32,000 nucleotides of DNA from the NCBI GenBank assembly GCA_030167145.1, contig CP126532.1:330001-362000 (forward strand), given 5' to 3'. Below are positions 8,971 through 17,726 of the stretch, in pieces. Each line of letters starts with the position of its first letter. Position 1 is the stretch's first letter. Origin of the DNA: Ktedonobacterales bacterium (lineage in GTDB: Bacteria; Chloroflexota; Ktedonobacteria; Ktedonobacterales; JADMIN01). The notes under the pieces are model-generated. The model worked only from the letters and a program-made list of their open reading frames with translations, was not told where the DNA came from and ran no database searches. A program made the translations under genes and the position numbers.

Positions 8971-9420
8971 TCATACCGCCTTGCGCTGTATGGGGATGAC
9001 CTTTTCGTCCGCCGCTGTGCTGGCGCTGTGAGAGGAGCCTTCGACCAACACCTCCGCCGTCTCAGCGACCAGGGGATGCGACTTCGCGCGTGTAGGGCGG
9101 CGTGTTCGTCGCTCACCTGTCTTGATGCGATGGCCAACCACGCCGATAAGCTCAACCAGCAGGAAGCCAAGCAATACCACGGTCAAAACCGCGCACGCTG
9201 GGGTGGCAATTAGGAATACAACGAGCACTGCGTAGACCGTGAGGCGTACCAGCATATTGGTCGTGCTATCAGGACGAATACTTTGGCAGAATACAACGCC
9301 GACGGCGGCAAGGAATGCGCCAATGGTCGTGGCCATGGGCGCCACAATGAGAGTGCCTACCGAGCGCCGTGGGGTACACACACGATGCGCCCACGATTTG
9401 ATGTGCGAGAAGACGCTCAT
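8971..9420 (-). CDS. hypothetical membrane protein
   Basis: GGAGG lies 8 nt upstream of the ATG. Three hydrophobic helices are followed by a basic stretch (RRTRRPTRAK). Confidence 0.65.
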   Translation of the reverse strand: MSVFSHIKSWAHRVCTPRRSVGTLIVAPMATTIGAFLAAVGVVFCQSIRPDSTTNMLVRLTVYAVLVVFLIATPACAVLTVVLLGFLLVELIGVVGHRIKTGERRTRRPTRAKSHPLVAETAEVLVEGSSHSASTAADEKVIPIQRKAV

Positions 9421-10202
9421 GGTACGGACCTCCAGTACAGTAGATCAACTGAGTCGCTTCCAGGCAGCACAATCGCCAACACGGCGAATGCCCGAGTCGT
9501 CTCCATGAGTCAATGATAGATTGGCTGTCGTGACTACTGAAGTCAGATAAATCCCTGGCAGAACGCGGGAGGAGAATGGCACCCGGAAAGATCTCCGAGG
9601 AAGAGTTCGCGCTGCGCAATTTGAAATCGTAGTTGGTGGGGTCGCTGTACGTAGTCGGAAAGAATGGAGCGGAAATTTTTGCCTGTACATGGGCACTTCT
9701 TGGTGCTATACCTTGCTCAAGTTTCTGGTAGCCTCGTGTTGGGCCGGAACGAGGCAGCGTAGTATGAATACTGTTCCTCTCTTACCATGTGCTGGCAATC
9801 GTTGTCGTGATGATTGGCAGGTAGACGTGAGTAGTGCGTAGCGTGAGCGTAGTGAGGGAGTGGGAGGCAGCAGTTCTGGGCGCACAGTTGGTCTACCATG
9901 ATGGTCTTGGGTAGATGACGGGCGCATTGGCATGTCCTGGCGGATATCAGGGCTGGCACGTGCTTGGGTGACCGAGGTAGGGCAAAGAGTTTCGTCGTCG
10001 GCCCTGGGTATAGCGATACCAATCTATTGCGCGTCGGCACAATGGGCGAGCGCAGGTAGCTCGACATCGCAGAGCGATGAAGATTTCACTGGGGCCCGCG
10101 TGAGGTCAGAGGGATGCAATGCGAGATGGCGAGCACTCAAGCGCGGTTCGGTGTTGGATAGCGCAGGTGGCACGGTGAGCATGGGGACAAGAGAGAACAA
10201 CT

Positions 10203-10766
10203 ATGGCACCAACAGACGACACCAGAAACAGCCGTGAGTCACTGGAGCGCAGATATATGCATTGGAACGAGCTCGAAGCGCCTCTGATTGAGAGGAAGCG
10301 CAAGGAGCTTGGGCGGATGTTGCGGGCGTTCCGTGATCTGAAGGGATATACCCAGGAGGAGACTGCGCACAGTCTTGCCATCGCAGCGGAGGGCAGGTTT
10401 GGCGTGCAGCTGCTTGTGCCGAGTGAATACATTGGTGATCTTGAAGCGGGAAAGGTGAAGAAGGTCAGTCTTGATCTCATTCTCTGCCTTTCTGAGGCAT
10501 TAGGTGTGGATGGGAAGGGAACCGCAATGTTACTCGACGCTGGTGGGCATAATGGCACTGGATGGTGGCTTATCTCTCGTGCAGGGAATCCCGCAGTAGT
10601 CCGCGAGTGCGTGGAGAACCTAGTGTCCGGTCGTCAACCGATTACCGTGAAAGATCTGACGGAACAATTGGAGGTGTGGGATACAAAAGCAACGACCTAC
10701 CTGAGGGAGGCGATCAAGCAATTGCAGCTCGCTCTTGAAGCGATGGAGCAAGAGCGTAGCCCATAA
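10203..10766 (+). CDS. XRE-family helix-turn-helix transcriptional regulator
   Basis: HTH_3-like core LRAFRDLKGYTQEETAHSLAI...YIGDLEAGKVKKVSLDLILCLSEALG. The region is lower in GC than its surroundings. Confidence 0.8.
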   Translation: MAPTDDTRNSRESLERRYMHWNELEAPLIERKRKELGRMLRAFRDLKGYTQEETAHSLAIAAEGRFGVQLLVPSEYIGDLEAGKVKKVSLDLILCLSEALGVDGKGTAMLLDAGGHNGTGWWLISRAGNPAVVRECVENLVSGRQPITVKDLTEQLEVWDTKATTYLREAIKQLQLALEAMEQERSP

Positions 10767-11052
10767 TACCGAGACGCATCTGGTAAGCTGAGTAGCGCAC
10801 TACAGGAAATGTGCGCACACACACACACGTCAGTGGGATGCGCTCGCCGAGTGCGTCAGATAGCATGTGACTACACAAGGGAGTGTGGGCTTGAGCACCC
10901 TTTTCCGACATTGATCCACCGATACACTACAAGGGAGCAGACTTCAAATGCGTTCGACGACAACCCCTTCGTCCGAATCACGGTCTTCCCGGCGACCATC
11001 GCGGCACGCTCAGGAACAGGAACCGTGGGAACAATTGACATTTCATGGGGAT

Positions 11053-11700
11053 ATGGCAGAGGCGACTCGGCCTGATATCCTGGTAGCCGAGACACAGCAT
11101 CTGGTACAACCATGGACAGTCAAGGCTTTGATCGAGGTGTGTAAGCGGAAAGGCATTGTGTATCAAGAAACGGACGCATTCTCGACACTCAACGGCATCG
11201 TGGTGCAGTGTGGTTCGGCAGTGACCATTAAGGTTCGTAAGTCGCTGGCGGATCCCTGCAAAGTAGCGGTGATTGCTCATGAATTGGGGCATCTGGCACT
11301 TGGGCATACGCAATATCAGCGGACGAGACGGTGGGATCCCCGCTTGGGTGTGAACGTAGAACTGCAAGCCACAGGCACGACATTGGGCGCGACCGAGAAT
11401 GAGGCTACAGACCAAGAAGGAGGGCAAGATAGCGCGGAGACAGGTGACATGGGGCATCGGGAAGAAGTAGAGGCCGATGTATGGGCCGCATACGCACTGG
11501 TTCATCCCGAGGTATTTCAGCAGCATCTCAATGTGCTGCGGGCAGATGGCAATGATGACGAGACCGCGTGTCATGGTGCCGCAGCTAATGTCGCGCACGA
11601 TCTCCACCTTCCTTGGCATGTCATCGAGCGACGACTCTATTACGATGACTGGCAGTTTCCTGAGCCGCCGTACAAGTGGCTGCTCAGTGAGGGAATCTGA
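11053..11700 (+). CDS. ImmA/IrrE-family (COG2856) zinc metallopeptidase
   Basis: HEXXH motif (IAHELGHLALGH) and a downstream EVEADVWAAYALV motif. Start reassigned to MAEATRPD at 11053. Confidence 0.85.
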   Translation: MAEATRPDILVAETQHLVQPWTVKALIEVCKRKGIVYQETDAFSTLNGIVVQCGSAVTIKVRKSLADPCKVAVIAHELGHLALGHTQYQRTRRWDPRLGVNVELQATGTTLGATENEATDQEGGQDSAETGDMGHREEVEADVWAAYALVHPEVFQQHLNVLRADGNDDETACHGAAANVAHDLHLPWHVIERRLYYDDWQFPEPPYKWLLSEGI

Positions 11701-11731
11701 TGTGAGCAGTTCTCCTGGACTGAACAAACGC

Positions 11732-11772
11732 AACACTTCTGCCGTCAGGTATTACTTGACGGCAGAAGTGTT
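11732..11772. terminator. bidirectional intrinsic terminator hairpin (16-bp perfect stem) between convergent genes
   Basis: AACACTTCTGCCGTCA (11732-11747) pairs with TGACGGCAGAAGTGTT (11757-11772) around a 9-nt loop. T-rich sequence follows. Confidence 0.7.
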
Positions 11773-11896
11773 TGTTGAGAGACCTGTTCTTGACGAAGTG
11801 TGATACAGATGCAACCATGCTGGCAGGTGGCTACACGGTGGGATAGAGGTGTGACGGTGCTCGTATGTTCATATCTTGAAGGACTCGCGTGGCGAA

Positions 11897-14884
11897 TTAG
11901 GGCTCACTGCCGAGACGACGAAGAGAATCTCGCACGCTCTCGGCCTCGGGTGATCCGACCTGCTCGAAGGTGCGCAGAGCCTCGCGATAGTGGGCAAGCG
12001 CGTTAGGGCGCTCGCCAATGTCAGTGTAGAGCCGTGCAAGGGATTGATGGCACAAGGCTATCTGATAGACATCACCCAGTCTTTGTGCAATCGCCAGACT
12101 TTGCTCAATCATTGCGCGTCCGCTGGAAACCTCACCTTGCTGAGCCGTGAAGATTCCAAGGTTAAGTAGCTCGCTCGCCTCGGCGGAAGGATCGCCCAAC
12201 TGCCGGGCCAGTGTCAGCGCCCGTTCGAAGCCTGCGTGTGCGTCCGATAGCCGACCGACCTGTGCGTCGAGTAACGCTATCTCATGCACTGCGGCTTGTT
12301 CGGCCCTGGGGTCGCCGAGTTGGCGGGCCAGCACCTGGGCACGATAGAAGCCAGCACGCGCCTCGGGCAGCCGCCTGGCATCGCTATCTAATACGGCGAG
12401 GCTATAGATCTCGGCCATTTCGGCAGCGGGGTCGCCCAGTTGCTGGGCGAGCGCCAGCGCCTGTTCGAAGCCTGCGCGCGCCTGTTCTACTTTGCCAGTG
12501 CGGGCATCAAGGGCCGCAAGGTTGTGGGGTTCTTGTTGTTCGGCGGCTGAATCTCCGAGGCGCCGAACAATGGTTAACGATTGCTCGTAGCCTGCACGGG
12601 CTTCGGCTACCAGACCTGCTTGCGCGTCCAGCACGGCGAGGCTATGCACCTCGGCGCGCTCTGCGGACGGGTCGCCCAGTTGCTGGGCCAGCGCCAGCGC
12701 CCGCACGAAGCCGTCGCGCGCTTCGGCAATGCGGCCTAATTGGCTATACGTCACTGAAAGCTGATGGATTGCCCATTGCTGCTCTTTTAGGTCATTGGCT
12801 TGGTGCGCTGCCTCGTCTGCCCAAGTGTACATCTGGACTTCTTCCGAACGGTGGCCTCGCACATCCCACGCTGTGCCTAGCGCATGCGCAAGCGCCAGCA
12901 CGTTGCGGTGGCGGGCGTGGTCGTGCGCCCAGGCGAGCGCGCCCATCAGGCCGAAGTTCTCGGCTTCGAGCGCGTTCATGCCGTCGTAGCCTGGGTGGTC
13001 TTCGGCGTACTCCAGCCAGTAGGCGACGATGGTGTCGCCAAGGCGGTCGGTGGTGGGGGCGGGGAGCTGGCCCAGGCGGGCGGCGGCGTATTCGCGCAGC
13101 AGCGGATGCAGACGCAGGCGCGGGCCGGTGGCGCTGGCGAGCGGCTCGACCAGGCGCAGGGTGACGAGGGCGGCGACGGCGGCTTCGGGGTTAGCATCAG
13201 CAGATGAGGTGGGTGGCTGGTTGGGCTGGTCGGGCTGATCTGATACATCAAGGGCGGCCTGGGCGAGGGCGTTGGCAGCGGCGCGGGGGAAACTGGGGCC
13301 GCTGATGAGCGCGAGACCGGCGAAGAGGCGCTGCTGGGCAGGGGTGAGCACGTCCCAGGAGCGGTCGAAGCGCGCGACGATGGCCTTGCGGGGGTTGCCT
13401 CGGAAGGCGGCGGCGTTGAAGCCGTCACGGCGATGCTGCGCGCGGATGTCGTGTAGCGAGAAGCCTTGCACCCCGGCATAGGCGGCGGTCAGCTCGATGG
13501 CGAGCGGCAGGCCGCCCAACTCTTCGACGATGGCGTCTATCTCTGGACGCTCCTCGGCGGTGGGGCGGGTGTTCTGGCTGTTCTGGGCGAGGATGCGGGC
13601 GAACAACTTGGCGGCGGGGGTCTCGGCCAGCGGCGTGAGGAAGAGTGGCGTGAGGCGGGTATCGGGGATGGCGTCGCGGGCGGTGAGCAGCAGGGCGACG
13701 TGGTCAGGGACGGCAAGGGCATCGAGCAGGGCGTCGGCGGGGAGCGCAGGCTCGACGTTATCGAGGGCGATGAGGGTCCGCGGGCGAGCGGCGAGCGCGG
13801 CGGTGAGGGCGACGCGGCGCTCTTCGGGGTCGGCCTCTTCGGCGATCTGGCGCAGTTGTAGTTCTTCGGCGACGCGCCGCCAGAGTTCAGCGAGGCCATC
13901 GGGTCCGGCGAGGTCTTCGCAGGAGATCCAGGCGAAGCCGCCGGGGAAGTCAGCGGCATGGTGTTCGGCGAGACGGGCGACGGCTTCGGCGGCGAGGGCG
14001 GTCTTGCCGACACCGGCGATACCCTCGATGGCGAAGACGCCGACGGGGGCATTGGCGGCGGTGAGCGCGGCGGCAAGGGTGTCTAGCTCGTGGTCGCGGC
14101 CCACGAGTCCGGCGGCGCGGGGCAGGCCGGAGCGTGCGGCGATGATGCTGGGGACGGCGGGCTGGAGATTGAGCAGGTAGCCGGCGATGCGGGTGCTGAC
14201 CTTACCGCCGAGGTCTTCGGGTGTGGTGAAGTAGTCGGGGGTGTGGAAGTTGGGATTGGCGAGGAGGGCGCGAAAGGCATGGAGTTGTGCGGTGTGTTCG
14301 CGGTCGCGCGTGGCAGAAGGAAACAAACGCTCATTGAGTTCGGTGGCGGGATCGGCGAGGAAGACGAAGATGGGTTTGCCCAGCCGCCGGGCTTCTTCGT
14401 ATTCCTGGTGGGTGATGGAGCGGGTCTCGCCTGGGGGAACGGTTGGGATGGAGCCGTAGCGCCAGGCGACGATAAGCACGACGTAATCGGCGGTGGCGAC
14501 CTCGTTGGTCGAAACGGTGGCGGCGTCACCGCCCGCGCTGAACTGGGACATATCCACCGCGTGCTGCTCGATGCGTTCGAGGCGGTCGTGGACGACCCGG
14601 CGGTGTTCGATGAGGTCTACATAGGTGGAACAGAGGAAGATGCGGTGAGTGAGGCCGGTGGACTGAGGGGAGACAGGCGCGAGTGCGGGCGCGATGGGGT
14701 CAGGTATGGGAGTAATGGTGGGAGTCGCGACACTAATCAGTCCCTGCACAATGAGTTGTTGCATTGCATCGGCAAAGTGACGCAGATCGTACGCTTTGAG
14801 AAATGCGTGGAGATCGGGATCGCGTTGCCACTGATCCTCAGTTGGGAAGGAAGGTCCGTGGTTCGAGTTGGCAGGTGGAGTCAC
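11897..14884 (-). CDS. STAND NTPase: N-terminal DUF4062-like domain, NB-ARC ATPase, C-terminal TPR array
   Basis: DUF4062-like block: IFLCSTYVDLIEHRRVV...YVVLIVAWRYGS...SITHQEYEEARRLGKPIFVFL. Walker A IEGIAGVGKT at 14000-14023 and Walker B LIALDNVE. NB-ARC motifs LLLTAR and GGLPLAIEL. About seven 40-aa TPR-like repeats. The GTG start overlaps the upstream stop as GTGA. Confidence 0.9.
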   Translation of the reverse strand: MTPPANSNHGPSFPTEDQWQRDPDLHAFLKAYDLRHFADAMQQLIVQGLISVATPTITPIPDPIAPALAPVSPQSTGLTHRIFLCSTYVDLIEHRRVVHDRLERIEQHAVDMSQFSAGGDAATVSTNEVATADYVVLIVAWRYGSIPTVPPGETRSITHQEYEEARRLGKPIFVFLADPATELNERLFPSATRDREHTAQLHAFRALLANPNFHTPDYFTTPEDLGGKVSTRIAGYLLNLQPAVPSIIAARSGLPRAAGLVGRDHELDTLAAALTAANAPVGVFAIEGIAGVGKTALAAEAVARLAEHHAADFPGGFAWISCEDLAGPDGLAELWRRVAEELQLRQIAEEADPEERRVALTAALAARPRTLIALDNVEPALPADALLDALAVPDHVALLLTARDAIPDTRLTPLFLTPLAETPAAKLFARILAQNSQNTRPTAEERPEIDAIVEELGGLPLAIELTAAYAGVQGFSLHDIRAQHRRDGFNAAAFRGNPRKAIVARFDRSWDVLTPAQQRLFAGLALISGPSFPRAAANALAQAALDVSDQPDQPNQPPTSSADANPEAAVAALVTLRLVEPLASATGPRLRLHPLLREYAAARLGQLPAPTTDRLGDTIVAYWLEYAEDHPGYDGMNALEAENFGLMGALAWAHDHARHRNVLALAHALGTAWDVRGHRSEEVQMYTWADEAAHQANDLKEQQWAIHQLSVTYSQLGRIAEARDGFVRALALAQQLGDPSAERAEVHSLAVLDAQAGLVAEARAGYEQSLTIVRRLGDSAAEQQEPHNLAALDARTGKVEQARAGFEQALALAQQLGDPAAEMAEIYSLAVLDSDARRLPEARAGFYRAQVLARQLGDPRAEQAAVHEIALLDAQVGRLSDAHAGFERALTLARQLGDPSAEASELLNLGIFTAQQGEVSSGRAMIEQSLAIAQRLGDVYQIALCHQSLARLYTDIGERPNALAHYREALRTFEQVGSPEAESVRDSLRRLGSEP
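11950..12790. repeat. approx. 120-bp (40-aa) periodic TPR-coding repeats within the STAND gene
   Basis: Repeated protein unit A.AGFE.AL.LA.QLGDP.AE......LA.LDA..G.... Confidence 0.8.
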
Positions 14885-16560
14885 GGTGTGTCATTCTCCT
14901 CGATCGTAGTCTGAGACGATGGTGGCTGATCATTTGTGTCGATGCCGAGGGTGCCATATATCTGGATAAGCACGGCAGCAAGGGCGGTGGCGCGTTCGTT
15001 TGGATCTGCTGTGTCCATGGCGCGCTCGAAGCGATCAACGATATGGAGGTAGAAGCGAGGCCAGCGAACTTGCAGCAGCATGAGCAGACTCAGCGCGATG
15101 CGGTCGATGTCAGTTTCGAGCGGCGCATCTATGGATTCAGTGGCTACTACGACAGAATTTAAGAAGCGCTTCACTTCGCGTGGGTTGCTTCTCGTACCCT
15201 GGCGAATGAGTCCCATGTAGCCGTTTGGAATACGCTGGAAAGCGCGTGCGTCGAAGAAGGACGTCAAACCAGCATCGTCGAGAGACTTGGTGACAAATTT
15301 TTGAAACTCAGCGTCAGTAGGCGTGGGGAGGTGAAAATTGAGTTGCACGAGTTTCTTGAGGTATGCAGTGCCGTCGGGCACAGTTAGTGGAAACTCTCTC
15401 TGGAGAGCGTTTGCTACCTGCCCTGGATCAAAGCCCAAGACAAAGATGCATCCAGGAACGTCGAAGAAGAGCTTAATAGTTTCCAATGTTTGGAGGATAT
15501 CGTCTGGCAGGCAACGGTCGAGGTCATCCACGAATATCACCAACAGTGGCCGCCGGTTCTTAAGGGAGCTCCAATAGTGGAGGGTTCTGGTGAAGTCGTG
15601 CTCGAATTCATTGCGATAGTGTGCACGTCGGTCCATGAGGTCCACGACGCGCCCACCTGGGTTACCAGAAGGGGACACCATGGCTGCGAGTTCGAACAGT
15701 AGCCCTGGTATGTTGCCGCGGAGTTGATGGAGATACCATCGGATGGCCCGGCGAGGCATCGCATCAAAGACTGCACTGAGCAACCCGTTGCGAACATCGT
15801 TTCCTTTGTATTTCCAGGCGTTGAAATAGACAGTAAAGCACGCCCACGGCTCACCCCGTTGTTTGGGAAGATGGGCGCGCTGATTTTGGGGATTGCACAA
15901 ACGCTGGGCAATCATGCGCATGGCAGTAGTTTTGCCCATGCCCCATTTGGCCTCAATAGACAAGGCCAGGGGTGAATTGTCCGCCGAGGTAAGGATCAGT
16001 CGGGCGAGCACATCAACAAAGTCATGGTAACCAAGTGGGTCGAATCTCTTGTCCTTGATGTCCTTCGCGGTCTCGGTAAATGGAGCGTCGCCACTGAGAC
16101 TAGGCAGGGATGTTCGCAGTTGCTTCTTCTCCGAAAGCCTATTCTGCTCGCGTGCCCGATCCAGACGCGCCCACGTATTCAAGCGCCAGAGGATGATAGC
16201 GAAGAGCACGAGTAAGGCAAGGGTCCAAGGGTAGTGCTCGAAAGCGATTGCGAGCGGGGCGAGCAGAAGAATTTGCTTTGTGCGTGCGTCAAGGCTGAGC
16301 ACACGATCAGTATCAGAGACGATCTGAGGGAACACGTTGATGGCAGATGCGGCAGCAATGAGAATCAGACTGGTAAACAATGCAGCGAGGTAGAGTTGGA
16401 TAAAAATGAGCGAGAGGCGTAAGATGGCCCGCAAGACTTTCAGTATGCCTGTGCGCGGATACAGGCCATTGCGCGAGTCAGGTAGCAGCGGGACTTTCTC
16501 GAATTTGGGGGTGTAGGTCATGTGAATTGGCTTCGGATTGTGAGATGCAGGCCGATCCAT
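14881..16560 (-). CDS. KAP-family P-loop NTPase with an N-terminal transmembrane region
   Basis: Walker A SIEAKWGMGKTT at 15925-15945. KAP-type Walker B LLVIFVDDLDRCLP. Three to four hydrophobic helices within the first ~125 aa. Confidence 0.9.
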   Translation of the reverse strand: MDRPASHNPKPIHMTYTPKFEKVPLLPDSRNGLYPRTGILKVLRAILRLSLIFIQLYLAALFTSLILIAAASAINVFPQIVSDTDRVLSLDARTKQILLLAPLAIAFEHYPWTLALLVLFAIILWRLNTWARLDRAREQNRLSEKKQLRTSLPSLSGDAPFTETAKDIKDKRFDPLGYHDFVDVLARLILTSADNSPLALSIEAKWGMGKTTAMRMIAQRLCNPQNQRAHLPKQRGEPWACFTVYFNAWKYKGNDVRNGLLSAVFDAMPRRAIRWYLHQLRGNIPGLLFELAAMVSPSGNPGGRVVDLMDRRAHYRNEFEHDFTRTLHYWSSLKNRRPLLVIFVDDLDRCLPDDILQTLETIKLFFDVPGCIFVLGFDPGQVANALQREFPLTVPDGTAYLKKLVQLNFHLPTPTDAEFQKFVTKSLDDAGLTSFFDARAFQRIPNGYMGLIRQGTRSNPREVKRFLNSVVVATESIDAPLETDIDRIALSLLMLLQVRWPRFYLHIVDRFERAMDTADPNERATALAAVLIQIYGTLGIDTNDQPPSSQTTIEENDTP

Positions 16561-16610
16561 GACAAGACCTTTCGACTTCGGGCAAGACGGGTAATTGCTG
16601 TTGTTGGCGT

Positions 16611-16639
16611 ATTATGCCAGAGGTAGAGGCAACATGCAA
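16611..16639 (-). promoter_or_regulatory. candidate promoter of the KAP/STAND operon: TTGCAT, 17 nt spacer, CATAAT
   Basis: On the minus strand the -35 is at 16639-16634 and the -10 at 16616-16611, about 50 nt upstream of the ATG at 16560. Confidence 0.4.
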
Positions 16640-16764
16640 GTGGTTTCTATACTGTGAATCTGGATCACGCCAAGGTCGTATTCATGTCGTTTAAATTGAA
16701 GAAAAGGAAACCGAAGGTCCACTGTCGAGGGATGCTGCGTCATCCTAAGAGACTGTTTTGAAAG

Positions 16765-17628
16765 TTATCCAGCCGGGCTGGAAGATGCATGAGCGATGCG
16801 GCTGAGCCGCCGCAGCAGGAGGTGGCTCATGCTGGCATAAATGAGCGCTTCGCTGGATTCGAGGTGATACTCGAAGTCCTTGGCCAGCCGCCGGAACCCG
16901 CCCCACCCGCCGAAGGTGCGCTCGACAATCCAGCGGTGTGGCTGCACCTGGAAGACCTGCGGTGGCTGCTCTTGCAAGCGCTTGACGATCTCGACGGTCC
17001 AGCCCTGCTGCGCGCGCAGCTCATCGGCAAAGGTGCCGCTATAGGCGGCATCGGCCCACAGATGGGTCAGGCGCGGCAGCTCCGGGCCGAACAGGTCCAA
17101 CGCCGCCAGCACCAAGCGTCCGCCTGCGGGATCGCTCACGTTGGCCGCTGAGACGACCACTTTGAGGACAAAGCCTTGCGTATCCACCAGCAGATGCCAT
17201 TTGCGCCCCATCACCTGTTTGTGCGCGTCGTAGCCGCGCGGCCCCCGTTTTGGCTGGTCTTGACCGACTGGCTGTCCAGAATCGCGGCGCTGGGCGTTGG
17301 CTCACGGCCCAACTGGCGCCGGGTCTGTTCGCGTAGCGCCGTATGGATCTGCTCCCACAGCCCAGCGTTGCGCCACTGTCGAAAGTAATAGTAGACGGTT
17401 TGCCACGGCGGCAGATCGGCGGCAGATCGGCGGCAGATCATGCGGCAGCGCGCGCCATTGGCTGCTGGTCCGCACGATATACAACACCCCGTTCACGATT
17501 TCGCGCCGACTCCAGCGCGCCGGGCGTCCACCCCGCTTGACCGCTGGCACCAACGGCTCAAGCAGCTGCCACTCGGTATCGCTCAAGTCGCTGGGATACC
17601 CTTTGCGCTCTCCGATCTGTCTGTCCAT
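16765..17628 (-). pseudogene. IS5-family transposase (DUF4096 N-terminus + DDE), spread over three frames
   Basis: The fragments 17628-17302, 17441-17211 and 17214-16765 together read as one IS5-type protein. The first break is caused by an 11-bp unit present three times. The second break is a -1 shift at CCAAAAC/GGGGG (17241-17253) and could be programmed. Confidence 0.8.
17407..17439. repeat. perfect 11-bp tandem triplication, GGCGGCAGATC x3
   Basis: Read directly. A single copy restores HDLPPWQTVYYYFRQWR in one frame. Confidence 0.95.
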
Positions 17629-17726
17629 GTCTCCAGTCTACCACTTTCAAAACGGCCTCTAATATTACAGTTGCAGTTAGTCCGGCGATGTGACGAGACT
17701 GTCCTGGAGCCGAAAGGAGTCAGGAC

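Larger units (their letters stand above)
16749..17659 (-). mobile_element. IS5-family (IS427-like group) insertion sequence with a TAA target-site duplication
   Basis: Terminal inverted repeats GAGACTGTTTTGAAAGT (16749-) and ACTTTCAAAACGGCCTC (-17659). TAA flanks both ends (16746-16748 and 17660-17662). Confidence 0.8.

Noticed and set aside
9576-9632. 18-aa ORF following a GGGAGG tract
   Set aside because: The RBS-to-ATG spacing is only about 3 nt and there is no other support. It is mentioned only within the orphan-region finding.
10816-10828. (CA)6 dinucleotide run between the XRE and ImmA genes
   Set aside because: It is short, intergenic and has no obvious phase-variation target. It is not clearly functional.
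12211-14914. Multiple plus-strand ORFs (317, 227 and 274 aa) opposite the STAND gene
   Set aside because: They are antisense to a motif-rich 995-aa gene and have low-complexity Arg/Ala/Gly composition.
17241-17253. Second frame change in the IS5-like transposase, considered as an inactivating mutation
   Set aside because: It is not counted as a lesion with confidence. It is a -1 shift on a slippery-looking CCAAAAC/GGGGG stretch at the orfA/orfB junction, where many IS elements use programmed frameshifting. Sequence alone cannot decide between the two.
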